Source: Anthoceros angustus (lineage: Eukaryota; Plantae; Anthocerotophyta). Taken from it: a DNA stretch of 64,000 nucleotides. The notes under the pieces are model-generated. The model made no database searches, was not told where the DNA came from, and saw only the letters and a program-made list of their open reading frames with translations. Positions 1-13,955 of this stretch are shown one piece after another. The DNA is taken from positions 62,001 to 126,000 of the forward strand of contig MU008161.1 of assembly GCA_010909165.1 (NCBI GenBank), written 5' to 3'. Made by a program: the position numbers and the translations under genes. How positions within the stretch are numbered: position 1 is the first letter of the stretch; every line of letters begins with the position of its first letter.

Positions 1-1831
1 GTTAAGAGACCTATGGGTACAGCTGCAGGACACGGAGGAACGGCGCCAGGAGTTGGAGGGCCGGAAGGAGACCCTGGAGCTACAGCTTCAGATAACGGAG
101 GAGCGGAACGGGACTCTCCATGGGAGAATCGAAGATCACGAGCAGGAGATAGAGCGGCTCCAGCTCTGTTGGAGGGTGGAGGCAAGTCATCGGCGAAGTA
201 AGGAGCAGGATATCGCCAAGTTGGAGAAGGACTTGGAAGAAGCCAGGAGCTGGGCCGAGCTGCCGGACCGCCTGGAAAGAGAAATGGTGGCCCTCCGGGC
301 AAGGATGGACGGGGGAGAGAGAGCTCTACGGGAAGAGCAAAAGTTGTTGGTCCGGACTGCGAAGCGGCGAGCGGTCCATGGCCAAGTTGGTCTTTGCGAG
401 AGGCAGTGAGGAGGAGGAGCAAGCGAAGCAGCAGCGGAGGATTCAAGAAGTGGCGGAGGCAGCCTTGGCAGCCTCGAGGGACTCAGCCAAACTCCGTTTG
501 GAGGACCTGGCGACGGAAACAGCCCAGCAGGCAACCCAACACGCCCAGTTGCCAGAGAACCTCTGGAGGAGTGAGTATCGGGTGCTCCGCACCCATGTGT
601 AGGAGGCCATTCAATAGGTTGACTCCGACTTCGCTTATTATCATGCGGAGCTCCTCAAGGCGGTGGAGGTAGTGCCCCACACAGGGCCAATTGAAGGGCC
701 ACCAGAAGAGTCGGAAGGAGGGTGGAGAGACGAGGGCCTGGGGGATAGTGCCGCCACAGGAACCTAGGGGGCGCTGTTCGGGAACAAGAGCAGCAGCGGG
801 GAAGGAGAGCACCCGGACGAGAGGGATACGGCGGACACCCCACGACAAGAGGTAAGTCCGTCGCACACCACGAGGGAAGAAGGAGAGGGGGTTCCTGAGC
901 GGGTCAAGGGAGGAGAAGCCCAGGGGGATATAGGACAAGAAGGGGGTCCGGTGGGTGAACACGGACTGGAGAATGCTCTAGGCGAGCGTCCAGGGACCCG
1001 CGAGGTCCGGACTCCGGAAGCGAGGCCGGACCCCAAGGTCTGGACGCAGGAGGGGGAAGGGGTGAGTGAGAATCAGTCTCAACCCACCCAGGCAGAACGG
1101 GCCCACCAGCGCGCCAAGAGATGGTGAGGAGGAGGACTTGGTGGTCAGCATGATGTCAGCCACCAAGAGTACAAACACTGACGAGTCTCGTGAAGAGGAG
1201 AGCCCCCACATCGTGGATCATCCGATTGCGTTACCGCAATTGCGTAGGCAGGATTGGACCGCTTAGGGAGGAATCCTGGTCAACCACAGCCCCACCGCCG
1301 AAGACGAAGATAGAAAAGCTAGGGGAGATAGAGGGTTGCGTGCTAGGGCACAGTGAGGTGGACATCAGCTCAGAATAGGAGTGTAATAAAGGCGCCCCTT
1401 CAGGGCATAGTATAAGAGGGTGGACGCCACTCCAATAAAACATCTTTCTTTTGGGGTTGATACCACGTTATCATTGCAAACCCTTGTGTGTCCTTCGCTG
1501 ATCTGATACCGAGCGGGCAAGACTACTCGGAGGCGATCCAGTCCCGGTGACTAACCCTAACGTGTGGTGTGTGTACCGTGATGGGCGGGACCCTTGCTCC
1601 TCCGCAGGGACCGGCTGGACGGACCGGAGCGTGTGAGGCTAGCAGAACTTCGAGAGGGCGTGCAGAGCCCGGACGGAGAGGCCTGGTTGAACGATTGCAA
1701 AGGTTTGTGGTCACGCAAGCCCACCCACGATTCCCAACTGGTGATGTGTGTAGTGAGCGTGGTAGGAGAAGCGGACTAGTAAAGACGTAAGACGGACTGG
1801 TAGGAAACGGACGTGAACGAGTCCTTAAACA
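1..1831 (+). mobile_element. Degenerate LTR-retrotransposon-related repeat with coiled-coil ORF remnants
   Basis: Broken E/R/Q-rich ORFs (53-409, 378-602). 1570-1831 is visibly homologous to ~34200-34483 and ~30970-31255, sharing GAGAGGGCRTGYAGAGCCCGGA and GAACGAGTCCTTAAACA. Ends in ...AACA followed by TTTGGCCACGCC, which resembles an LTR end plus PBS. No pol domain seen. Confidence 0.4.
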
Positions 1832-4800
1832 TTTGGCCACGCCGGGCCTGTCCGGTGGACGCTTAGGAGTAATTAGGAAGTGAAAATGATCGCGTTGGAG
1901 TCTTGGGTAGGAATCCTTCCCGACGACGGGGCGAGAATCGGGCCACGAACGTGTGAAACGGAACAATTCATTCCCTTGGGAACGGACCCCTTACTGCAAC
2001 GACACGAGATTAGTGCGCGCCCGGCTGGCCGTCGGCGAAAGTCGCGTCACAGCGGCCTTCAATGACCTCGACAAAATGGAAGAAACTTGAGTGAGTCATA
2101 GCTCTCTTCACCATTTTATAATTTACGACCATTAATATAATGTTATGAGTAATTTCAAACTCGCAATCAATGATTGAAAGATATTTGCCATGATTTAGGG
2201 TTTAAAACTACAAATTCTTAACTATGCTAGTCTGGGAGACCACATGTACACTAACCCTTCTCTGAACTGTCGGTTTGAATGAATTTTTTTGTTTTTTTGT
2301 TGTTAGTGTAACGGAATGCTTAGGAATCGTCTGGGTAAGGCCTTTTTATACTGAAAGTGGTCCTTGGCCCATAGCGATAATATTTTTAATAATTGGTCCT
2401 TGGGCTTCGACCCTGGGTATGTTAGGTCAGATAGAAAGTCCTCGGACCTTAGCATTTTTAGGAATAAAAAGTGTCTATATATGCTAGGAATACCCTACAT
2501 TCGGCAACAGTGGGGCGGAGTAGTGGGAAGGTGGCTAGCTCCACCACGGTGGCTGGAAATGGGGCGTGTGAGGGGGGAGATCAACCCTAGTGGCGGAGCC
2601 GGTGTGATAAGTTGGGCAAGTGAGCGAATCGAAGAAGACCACACACAGAGTGGGGCTGCGAGATTTCAAGGAGTGAGAGATTGGGACTTCATTGAGTTGA
2701 GAAAGGACGCCTCTGACACAAACCGCTTGGAAGAGGGTTTCCTTTTGCTGTGCATGTGGCGTGGATAGTAGGAGCACGGGTGGGGCGCACGACGACCAAG
2801 GCAGTGGCGGCGATGGAGGAGAAAGACTCAGCACGCGTCGAGGCGGACTGACGGAGGTAGGCGCCGAGGCAGGAAGCCCGGGGCGGAGCGGGGCAGGAGG
2901 ATCGCGGGGTGGTAATTTTTCCCTCCCTGAACCGTGGTCCGGAGTAGAGCCGTAGGCGTTTGAACGTGATAGCGAAGGAGGGGAAGAAATGGCACCTCGA
3001 GCCATAAATCTTATCACGCAAAGTGGCCCAATATGGACCAATCGGAAGGTTAGAGCCTTGCGGAGTGTGAATTGGGGTTGGGCTTCATGGAGAAGAAATG
3101 GTGCTATGACAGCCCAGCATTGGTGCGGGAATGCGCCCGCCAATTGAGGACCAGGTCGCAAGAGGGCGACATGAGGAAGAGGCCACAAAATTGGGACTTG
3201 GGGCTCTTCCAAGCAGTATATGGGCGAGAGGAATCGGAGGATGGGAGTCTGGTAATTGACCCCCAGAGGAAGAAGACCCTAAGAGCTGCAGTGACGCACT
3301 CATGAAGCTCGGGAAGTGTTAAATGGATGGGTGACCCGCCAACTCGTGTCTGTGCAACTCGTGGGATTGGCCAAGTGGATTTTGTGTTTTCTGCAGAACC
3401 GGAAATTGAATCACATGGCAGACCACTTCCTGGTCTTTCTTCATGAAGGCACACGGATTGACTGGGGGAGGATGATTTTCGAGAGGGCTTGTGAAGAAAG
3501 GGCGAATTTGCTCTCCCCTCCCCTGGCCCCTCTTTGATCTCGCCCTTTCTGATTCATGTGTTTGCGTATTCCGAATGCCTAACTGAGTTGGAGGTGGTGT
3601 CTGCTCTTCATAGTTGGAAACCGGTCAGGGAACTCAAGGTAGAGGAAGAAGAGTCTAAGGAGGACTCAGGGAAGGATTCCAGCAGTTGAGAATTTGCCTC
3701 ACCAGAGGATTCGGATGAAGGAGGAGAGGTTACAAAGAGTAAGAAGAGGAGGCGATTTAACGGGGTCGGCCAAAAGGGAGAAACGGTGGAGGAGGAGCCA
3801 CAACCACACCTCGGATCACACCAGTCAAGACGGTGCAATGGGGCAAGGTAAGGAGGAAAAGCAAAAGGGAACGGCGGTTGTCCCCGCGGAGGACTTAATC
3901 GCAACTTCTAGGAGAGTTTTTTACGAATGAGGAAGCCGCTGCAGACCAACCCCTAGGGGATGTTAAGGACATGTTTGGAGATATCCCATTGGCCTGTCCA
4001 ACTGAAGTGGAGGCGAGTGACACAGCCCGCGTACGGGACTTGTTGTGGAAGGGAATGGGCCTCGACAATTTTGGGAATCAAGGTTGACTACCATGGCTCA
4101 GACCAGTGACCTTCTTGATCAGGCAGCTATGGCTCTCACTTGGCTGAGTGTCCCTACTAGAAAAGGGCACCCTATGTTACACTTTATGTTAAGATTTGGA
4201 CCCCTGGATGTAACACTCATGTTGCAATTTTGGGGTCATGTAACACTTTTGGGCCCCTTGTTACACTTTGGCTTGGAAACCATACCACGGCCGTTGTTGC
4301 AATCATGTTGCAATGGTGTTGCAATTATGTTAAGATGAAGTGAGAGGTGGTTTTGCCTCTCTCAAAATTGCAACATGATTGCAACATCTAAAGTGTTACA
4401 AGAGAGGTCTTGTAACACTTTTGAGGCTTGAGAACCTCCTCCCCATCCACTATTCCTTTTACTTTTGCCCTTCAATACCACGTTTTACTTGGTAGTTACC
4501 ATGTCGCCCTTCAATACGACCATATATAAATACCATGCGAATACATCCTTATACTATACACATGTAGTCTCACGATAAATGTAATATATTATTCTAAGTG
4601 CTATAAGGCGTATTCAATTTCATATAAAATAAGTTTGTATACTATATTATTCCATACGTACCTTCATACATATTCATGATGCGACTATGTATTTACTATA
4701 CGTGTAAATAGCGCTCTTTCTACCCCTACTTTATAGCATGCGGCGTGCGGTTTGTCCTTCCGTCACCAATAGCGCGGCTTCAATAATATAGTCCCCACCT

Positions 4801-6099
4801 ATCACCTTATTGTGACGCATCACGAGGTTATGCCCCTAGATTGTCTTTGTGCGGAGGTTTTGGTATGCTCGCTTATGCTTTTCCGCCTCCATGTAAGGCA
4901 CTTCCTACTCGTCATCGTATGCACCTCGAAACTTCCTCCCTCGTTCGATTCCCAATTTTCTTCTTCCCCTCCTTGCGTTGGTGAGGCAAGCTTTGCCACT
5001 TCTACCGCTTCCCTCCACGCCTTCTGGCACTGCACATACAAACCGCATGGCCATCATGAGTTACGCGTTAATGGGTGTACCAATCACCATAGGACCATTT
5101 GCCTTACCTTCCGGTCCCTCCTCGTATCTTCTTCTTGGTGGGTTTCCTCTCCGTCCTTCTTCCGTCAGCCGTGCCCTTATCACTCGCGCCGCCTCTCTCT
5201 CCTCCTCCTCTTTTCCTCTTCGCCGCCACCCTTTATCGCGGTGGCGTTGCCTCAACTGGGCTCCACTATGTAGGTCCATGCTCTCGGCCGAGGCTGCAAG
5301 ATATGTGTCCGCACGAAATTAGGCACATCGTCCTCTTGACTGCCTCTTGGATCGTCCACATTGCGTCCCCCCCGTCCCCCTTGCCTGCATCTCATGCAGC
5401 GGCCTTTGCCCATATCAAAGGCGCATGATGCCCTCTTGACCTCCTTCATTCTCTCTCCCCACGACATCGCCTCATGCTAGTGTGCGCCTTTTGGCCTGCC
5501 CCAGAGCATGGGCTGCTTGGGTGATCCTCTGTCAGTCCCCGCCACCCGCTCCTCCTACTCCCCTGCGTTTTTGGCTGTCCCGTGCACAAGTGTGTTTCCT
5601 CACAGTGACGGATCGGTTGCCCCCTCGTGGTCCACCACCCGACTCACCCTGCCTCCACACTCATTGTTCCGCCATTCAGCGTCGTCAATCCATCGATCCC
5701 AACGGCCTCCACCCCGCAAACATGGCGTCACCTTGGTCTCGGGCACTCCTCCACCTCTTCTCCAATTTGCTTGCTGCCCACGTGACCGGCCCTGCCTCCT
5801 CACACCATTCCGGGCATGCGCTTCCACCAAACACAGGCGATCGTGGTGTCGGGCACCACAATTAAATCCTGCTTCGTTTCCCCCTCTGCCTCCCTCCTTG
5901 CGCCCTCATGACGTGGCCCGTCTCCACTTCACGCTCTTGTTTCTCGCCTTTCCCCCAATACGTTGTGCCTCCTCTCCTCCTCCCCAAGCCCCTTCCGTAC
6001 CATCCGCATTCCTTCCTAGCCTCTCCACGTCCACGCCACCACGTGCTGCTGCGCCTCCCACCCCTTCCTTCCGTCGCCTCGGAAGGCCACCATATCGGG

Positions 6100-7985
6100 A
6101 TCCATCTCCAATTCAATGTCATTAAGCAAAATGGTCATTTCCTTGTTCTCCTTGCAATGGCGAATCTACGGTGTCTTGTCATACACTCACCTTACCCTTG
6201 TAGGAACTCGCACAGAACCCCACTATCGCGGACCGCCCACAGAGCGCATGGAAATCGTCCTCTTCAACCTCCCATACTCTGCCTCTTCTTCCGTTGGAAA
6301 CCGCCATCTTGATTCTCAAACCTCACCACCCAGCCAGACGCCTCCCTTTCCCCATGGGTTTGGACCCATCCCCGTTTTGGCTAGCCTCTCTTTTGCTGCG
6401 ATTTCGTACTTCGATGGCTCAAACTTTCCGTTCCTCTTCAGCTCCATCCGAGCCCATGCAAGTGCATCTTCCCACTCTTCGTCATCCACCATGCTCGGTT
6501 TCTTCCCATGTCCTCCCTCCCCCTCTACCATTTCCTCTAGCGCTGCTGCCTTCGCAGCTTCCACACATCGAGAATTGCGTGTCCGCGTCATCTGCGAGAA
6601 GTGTCGGCTTATGTTGGACTTGACCACGGTGCAGGAATGCTTGAACCAGTTTCACTAACCGTGCTTTCTCTTCTTTCGGGCGTCCGCCATCTTGCGGTGC
6701 GAGTTCATTCACAACCGTCCTCACGGTACCATGATTCTGCGTGCCTTGCTTCGAGCGAACAACATCAGTCCCTCCACTTCATGTGGTTTTGCATGGCCTC
6801 CTTGACCATTTCACCCCATGCTTGTTTATCAAGGCTTTAACGATGCATCGTTGTCCACTCACGCGCCCGGACATCGACCTACTGTCATCACCATGAGTTA
6901 GAACACCACCCCTTGCGGTGATTGCGCCATTCGAGATCAAGTGCACTTGCGTCGTTGTCCGCTGCCTCGGCCCGCCTTCCTTCCACTTTCCCTTCTGCTG
7001 CCACCGCCCGGCCCTCGAAGGTTGCCTCCCTTGTCCCCATGCTTAAACACCGCCATGCGGTGCTCTGTGTTACCGTTTGTCCACCATGCCCACTCACCGG
7101 CTGCAAACTTGAGCGTGTGCACACTTTGCGGCGTCACTTGCGGCAAAGTGTGCACTTGTGCACACTTTGCCGCATCACTTGCCGTTAAATCGACTCGCGA
7201 CAACCAACCTCATCCGGCGTAAATAGCTCCTCCTCTATGTCGTTCAATTCTTGCGCAATGCTCCAACTCCGCATCCGTCGGTGGGAGGTTCGATCTCGGC
7301 GTCGTCAAAATCAACTCCCGCCATCTCGCTGTGTACCCGAGTTCATTCACAACCTTCGTCCTCACCAAGACATTACTGCGTGCCTTGCTTCGCACCGAAC
7401 AACACGGAGTCCCTCCTCGCTTCATGTGGTTTTGCATGGCCTCCTTGACCCATTTCACCCCATGCTTGTTTATCAAGGCTTTAAGCATCGTTGTCCACTC
7501 ACTCCAAGATCATCTGCACACCATCACTGGGTTAGAACACCACCCCTTGCGTAAATTGATTGCGCCATTCGAGATCAGGCGTCACGCCCGGCCGTCTGCC
7601 GCTTGTCCGCTTTCCACGATTCCCACTTTCCCTTCTTGCAATCGCCGCCACCGCCCGCCCTAAAGGTTGCCTCCCTTGTCCCCATGCTTAAACACCGCCA
7701 GATGCCGGTGCTCTGTGTTACCCGTTTGTCCACCATGCCCACTCACCCGCAAACTTGAACGCAGCACACTTTGCGTCATTGCGCAAAGTGTGCACTTGGT
7801 GTGCACACTTTGCCAGCATCACTTGCCGTTAAATCGAGTCCGCGACAACCAACCTCATCCGACGTAAATAGCTCCTCCTCTATGTCGTTCAATTCCTGCA
7901 CGCAATGCTCCAACTCCGCATCCGTCGGGGCTGGGAGGTTCCAGATCTCGACGTCGTCAAAATCAACTCCCGGTTCAGCAGCCAT
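6100..7985 (-). pseudogene. CACTA TnpA/Ptta-like ORF remnant
   Basis: Lies downstream of TnpD on the same strand. Contains KKPSMVDDEEW...W and NPWGKGG, which resemble Ptta/En-Spm TnpA motifs. Fragmented. Confidence 0.5.
6700..7975. repeat. Tandem duplication of a ~640-bp unit inside the CACTA
   Basis: GAGTTCATTCACAACC at ~6701 and ~7339. CGTCGTCAAAATCAACTCCCG at ~7300 and ~7952. Confidence 0.9.
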
Positions 7986-8259
7986 CTCGCCCCTCGCCTC
8001 TTACCTTCTGGCCGTCTTGATGAGGCCTTCTTGGTCGCCGATGTCGAATGAAGACCCGAGTGCGGGATGAGCGACCGCCCAGGCGGTTGCCCCCATCCTC
8101 CCCACCCGGATCGGTCCATCGTCGTCGGCCGCGTCGCCGGCGTGGTGTTCGGCGCCTTGCGACTACTCGGCAAGCCTCGCCATACTCTCCACCTTGTGAA
8201 CCGTTGTCCACCGCCTTCGTTCCATCTTTGAAGGCAATGGCTTCCTCTCGGTGAAAGGC

Positions 8260-11200
8260 GCGGGCCATGAGTCCCTATGCATTCAAGACACCATTTTGAA
8301 AAAGCTTGTTTGCAAAGGCCGGTGGTCATTTCTATCGCTCGGGACCAGCGTGCACTGCACTTGCTACTTGCCCATAATCACAACATTTTCGACCACAACC
8401 TCGACGTGGAGCAATTTTCATGTCCCATTGGTTCGTTGCGTTACTCGTGATGTATGATATTGCCCAAATGGCGCGCTCTCAATGCCCCCATTACTCCATT
8501 TTAACTAATCATCGACTTCCTCGACCATTCCCACACGTCACTTGGGTATTGGCACATTCCGCCATTGGATCATGCTTGTTTGTTTGGAAATACTTTAATG
8601 CCCACTTGGCATCTTTGGTTTTGCCCCATCCGTTCAGCTACTCAAGCGACATGCCACAATCTATGTGCCAGTAGCATGGGTTCCTCCTCTCTCCATCCCT
8701 CGCCGGAGTAGGCACGGCCAAGGCCCACCCTGTTTCCATCCACTCTCCGGATGCATCATGCGAGTTACTGCGATGGCCACACAAATGGACCATCGATGGA
8801 GTGCACCTGAAACCTTCTCGGTATTCACAAGGTCAAACCCGTGCGACTTCCGATGGCCTTGTCCCTCTGGCCGACACTCGTACCATCCAACCTTCAATGT
8901 GGATTATACTCCTCAAGGCATCCGATGTTGCTCTATGTGGCCGTAGAAGACGCGCTCCTCTTGAGCTCCCGGCAGCCTGTCCACCCATGATAAACTTTGC
9001 GCTGCACTATCTTTTGTGCTCGCCGTTTATACGCCTCCATTACGAGGTGGCTGCCTTTGTTCCACATGTGACTATGTGCGCTTGCAAGGCCATCCATTAT
9101 AGCCCTCACTTGTGGGTCATAGCAGGATGCCTCCCAAGCGCTCACCGCCCTTCTTACTGCACCCACCTCTTGAAACTCGTTCCTCATGTGCCTCCTCACC
9201 TCTTCGTACATGTCCAAAAGCGGCTGCATCACCTTCGTGATGATAAGTATGGGCTGGCGCACCTCAGCGGCATCCATTGTGTGCAGCGACACACCCAACT
9301 TTTCTCCCACACGGTCCTCGGGACTCCATGATCCACCGTGACCATAATGCGGAGGAATGACATGCAATGCATACTCTCCTCTCTCATATACCCCACTATC
9401 TTGGACTCTGGTTTGTATTTGGCGTATCTGGATCCTAAGTATCTCTCCCGGGTACATCCACAGTGTGCACTGCCCAATCGTCCACCTAAAATGTATTATG
9501 AGGTGGGTTGATATATCAAAGACCTTTGGAGGAATTGCTTTTCGAGCACATCACCCGACCTCTTCTCGTTGTGCTTGAATTTCATGGCCCGGTATTGTCC
9601 ATTTGGCAAATCCATCTGTCTGATCGACCCAATTTCACAACCGCCTTGTACACCTGGGTCTATGCACCCCGAAGGACGATGGGAAGATGATTTCCAGCAT
9701 GATGTGCGATCATGGCACTTGCTACACTTTGCCCCCTCTAATTTCGCTCCTATGTTAGACCCATAGCCTGTGGGCAGCTTTATGCGTTTAATTCTCTCTA
9801 TGACTTGGAGGTCGTCTTTCGCCAAAGCGTAAGACGCCTCGGGGCAATGGCGTCCTCTCTCGCCACAACCACCTTTTCCCTCCATGTCCATCCTTGATGC
9901 TGATGCTAGGTCTCGCTCTCCCGTCAAAGTGTGCCATATGGCCTCTGCATTGTTCTTTTCCACGTGCATGACATCCTTTGGCGCCATCACAAGAAGGTGG
10001 CGCCAATATGGGAGCACCCTAAGCAGAGAAGACATCGCGCGTTCCAAAATTTCCTCATTGCGGATCTCGGTGGCGCACCTTCTCTGCGTACCATATCATC
10101 ACCACATCATCAAGCGTTGGTGGTGGGTGGAGTTCCGTCCATCGTACCGATCCATGTCTTCCCACCGTCACTATCTCCCTTGGGCAACCTCACCCTGCCA
10201 ACATAAACTGCTTTTTGATGAGAATAGCGGAATCCAGTCCGACAATCCACGCCGGGTCCCTTTCACTTGCAATCCAATCGGTGCCCAACCACAGGTAGTC
10301 GGCAATGACGTTCGGCATTGCTCGCACCTAAAATGCCTCCTAGGATCGTTCACGGTATTGAAAAGTCTTCCATGTCCACCCCTCTCCACAACTCTTCCGG
10401 TTCTTCTACCGCCATATAAACATCAAAATTTTTACCATGCCCGGTCTGGTACAATGAGAGGCATGATGACATGGGCGTCCTTTGTGGCCGAGGCATGTTG
10501 TGAGCGAATAGCATAAGCGGCCATATGGGCGTGTTGTGGACACTGTGACCAAAGGGGTTGAAGCCGTCATGCATAATGCCAACCTCAAGTTGCGAGGTTC
10601 ATCCCGAACCCTTCAAGCGCATCAAATACTCTCCATGGGGTATGCGCCATCATGGACATGTCCCCATTCTCGCTTTGCCTCCCGCGTCATCATACTATTT
10701 AGGCATTGAACATGCGTTTCAATCGCGTCTTAGAGGAAATGCGGAGGACCTTAGGGACATCTCGCTCATCAAACCCTTCCTTGTACGCGTGCCTGCGAGG
10801 GCAATGGGCTGCCAGCGTACTCACCCACGAATAGAATACAATCTTTTCACAAGCATGGATTTTCACGTATCTTGGCCCAAACATGTGCACACGACTTTGC
10901 CTCGTACATGTCCCTTGACTTGTTCGGGCAAAATATCCACACTTAAGAGCTTTAAAAGTGCGTCACGGCGTCAACGATGTCATACATCGTTTGCCAGCAC
11001 GGCAACGCTGTTGCGCTTAGCACCTTTCTTTCGATTGGACTTCCTCTTCAATGTGGTATAACGGCGTTCGCCCGCACTCGACAAGCGGTATCTGGACTCC
11101 ATCCACACGCGCATCCGGCTTCGAACTGGCTTCGTCCATGTACGCCGGGCATATCATCACCTCCCGAACCCTCATCCATACTTTCGTCGTCGGAACTACT

Positions 11201-11480
11201 AGTGTGGTCGGTAGGATGGCCGCTCGTTCCTGTCGGACCCATCGAGCCGTATCCGAATCCGTGGGGTGCGGACGCCCTTCAAGGCACGCGCTCTTCTATA
11301 CTCGTGTCTGTGACGCAAAAAGCCACCTTAAAGCTAGAATTGGGCATTGCTGGCCATTGATGCGAGAACTCACGGCCACAGCGTGCACAGGCGGTGGCGG
11401 GCAATTCTTGAAATGTGGGAATCGAGCCTGCGAGCTCGACGTGGCGGGGACAATACATGTACCGCATCGCATTTCGTGGC
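8260..11480 (-). pseudogene. CACTA TnpD-type transposase (Transposase_21/DUF4218/DUF4216-like), frameshifted
   Basis: Motifs in the expected order across frames: YCP (transposase-associated), IHAC..VFY, RLKRMF, DVMHVEKN, IKLPTGYGSNI, KCHD, WMYPGERYLG, GYMREE, GFDLVNT. Confidence 0.85.
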
Positions 11481-13439
11481 ATCCTCCCGGTCGTGATGGT
11501 GCACGGCAACCACCTGACAAAGGTGGTACATCCGTTATCGACGCCCGTCCCCACGGTGTGCTATCACTTCATGACCCATAAACACGAGGCACGTAGGACT
11601 GGAGCGTGCTTGCGAAACCATGGGCCCAGGCTGCGTCACACCTTATGGAGATCCGCTCGTCGTGATGACCCACTCGGCGGGTAAGTCGGCCGATCGAGCA
11701 AAGCGCTCTGCCGAACGATGCGCACGACATCGGGTGACAAGAACCTCGCGCCTCGGACGCAAACAGAATTTGCGCAGCCGAGGAAACCGTCTTCCAATCC
11801 CAACTCGGTAGGCGGCAGAGAGACGCGGTTGGCGAACGCCATGCGGATGCGCAATGTTCATGCACGGCGGCGTGGAAGCTGCCGGGCGTTATGTCAGCGT
11901 GGTAGCCGACTCTTGGCCGGAGATTGGGCGTAGTGTAGGGGTGACACGCAATGGAAAGGGAGGATGTGCTTGGCTGGCTTGGTGGTCGGCACCAGCGGTC
12001 GGGGATGGAGCGTGTCGATCATTGCATTTGGGGATGCGTGTTTTGATTTAAAGTTGATTACACACAATCCAAAGTTCGACAACGGCCTTGATCGTCCTAA
12101 GCTTGCAAGCATATGCGAACAAAGCGTTCGAGGCGCCTTCCCCTTGGTGTAAACAACCTCCTTCATGTCCACGCCGTCTCAAGGAATAGTGTTGAGCTCA
12201 TTGTCTCAAAGTCTGTCTGACTCCCATGTTGCGTCGCCATTCTGAAAGAACTTGAACCCGGTGCCCGATCTTCCATGTCTCGTCAACGCATCCCAATTCC
12301 ATTCTGTGAAGTGTGGCTTGAGCCACGTGGCGCGCTTGGACGTGAAGCCCCCACGCGGTTGTTCTATCCGAAGCAGGCGACTCAATTTGCGAACCTCCTC
12401 CTTGGATGGCCTCTGCGGTGTAGCTCGAATCGGTTCGCCTCTTCTTCCCATGGAGGAAATGTGGCTTGATGGCACTCCGTCGGCGCCGGATGCGTCGCCG
12501 CCACGGTGCTCCTCCACTTTCCTCTTGCCCGCATCACCGGGCGGATCGGTCCCTGAGGTGGCGTGTACATCCGCCTTACCCTTCTCTCAATCTCCCTCTC
12601 GCCTTCAACTTCCGAGGCTTGCGGCGCCGCAATCCTTGCCAATTCTCTCCATCGAGGTATGCAATGGACGGAATCTAGAGAATGCCTTGTGCATCTAGGA
12701 GGAGAAGAGCTATAGCACCAATCACCATACTTTGTTTATTACAGCGTGACTCGGGGCGTGCAGCGGTGACTTGTCATGTCGGTCAGCGGTATGAGCGGGC
12801 ACCATACCATCCATCCATTAGCGGCAGACGGGGCGGGTCATCGAGTTTTATTGGGTGACGGAAGTACCGTAGTGATCAAGAAGGACTTTCCCAAGCGGTA
12901 ATCCACAAGAACACCGTAGTCTCATACCCGGCATGGCGTACTACCATGCCACCGGCACAAATATTAAATGGCCCTCACCACACCTTTCTTGGCCAGCGGT
13001 GGAAGACAAGTTTATCACGAGAGATAGGGCCATTGTCCTTGTTCATGGCTTGCGAAGGCCAACAACGATGCACACAGGATCCATACATGGCATGCATGGA
13101 GGAATGCATGTTGACACAATTCCACATACAGAAGTATGCGGTGGGCAAGCCAAGGTTGCAGTGGCATGGCACGCCCCAAGTCTCCTCCTCTCTCTTCCTC
13201 CCCACCGCCCGCCGGCACCACCGCCACCACCATGGCCCGCATAAGTCACCACGGCTCCACGGAATGTGGTCCCGGACATCGTCGCCAGGCTGGATCGGTA
13301 GGCAATGTGGTATCAGAGGCAAAGCATAAAAATAGCAATTAACACATGCATGGTCCGTGGAGCATGGCGGGTTCTAAGCTGGTCTTGCCCTTGAAATGGC
13401 ATGCCACATCGTGGGCATTACCCAGACGAATGGCATTGC

Positions 13440-13955
13440 GAACACTTGTCCTGGGTGAAGATGATTAAAGCATTGTCTTATTGGAAGGATGCTTCGCTAC
13501 GAGGAATCATTGTCCAAATGGTAATCCACAAAGGGCAAATTGTCTTGGCTCTCCAAATGGTCATCCGGAATGGCCAAAATTGACATGAGGCGAAGACATG
13601 GTCATGACGAATGAGGAACATTTGTCCTTGGGTCACGTGATCATGCATGATGGGAATGTATTGTCCTTGGACCACGCGGTAATGAACAATGGCAAATTAG
13701 TGTTGTCGATCGAAAATGATCTTCCATAATGGAAACATTTGTCCTTGGCTTTCAAATGGTCATCCGTAATGGCCAAAATTGACCGAGGCAAGGCATGGTC
13801 ATGACAAATGAGGAACATTTGTCCTTGGGTCACGAAATGACCATACATAACGGAATGTTTTGTCCTTGGACCACGAAATGCGCATGAGCAAAGGGAAATT
13901 ATTTTCCTTGATGCGGATATGGTAATCCATAATGGGCTAAATTTGTCCTTGGATT
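13440..13955. repeat. TTGTCCTTGG-rich periodic array with a ~197-bp duplication
   Basis: Recurrent TTGTCCTTGG motif, often about 40 bp apart. ~13540-13640 is repeated at ~13738-13835. Confidence 0.75.

Noticed and set aside
4812-6125. Long + strand Pro/Ser-rich ORFs
   Set aside because: These are antisense shadows of purine-rich transposon sequence, with no recognisable domains.
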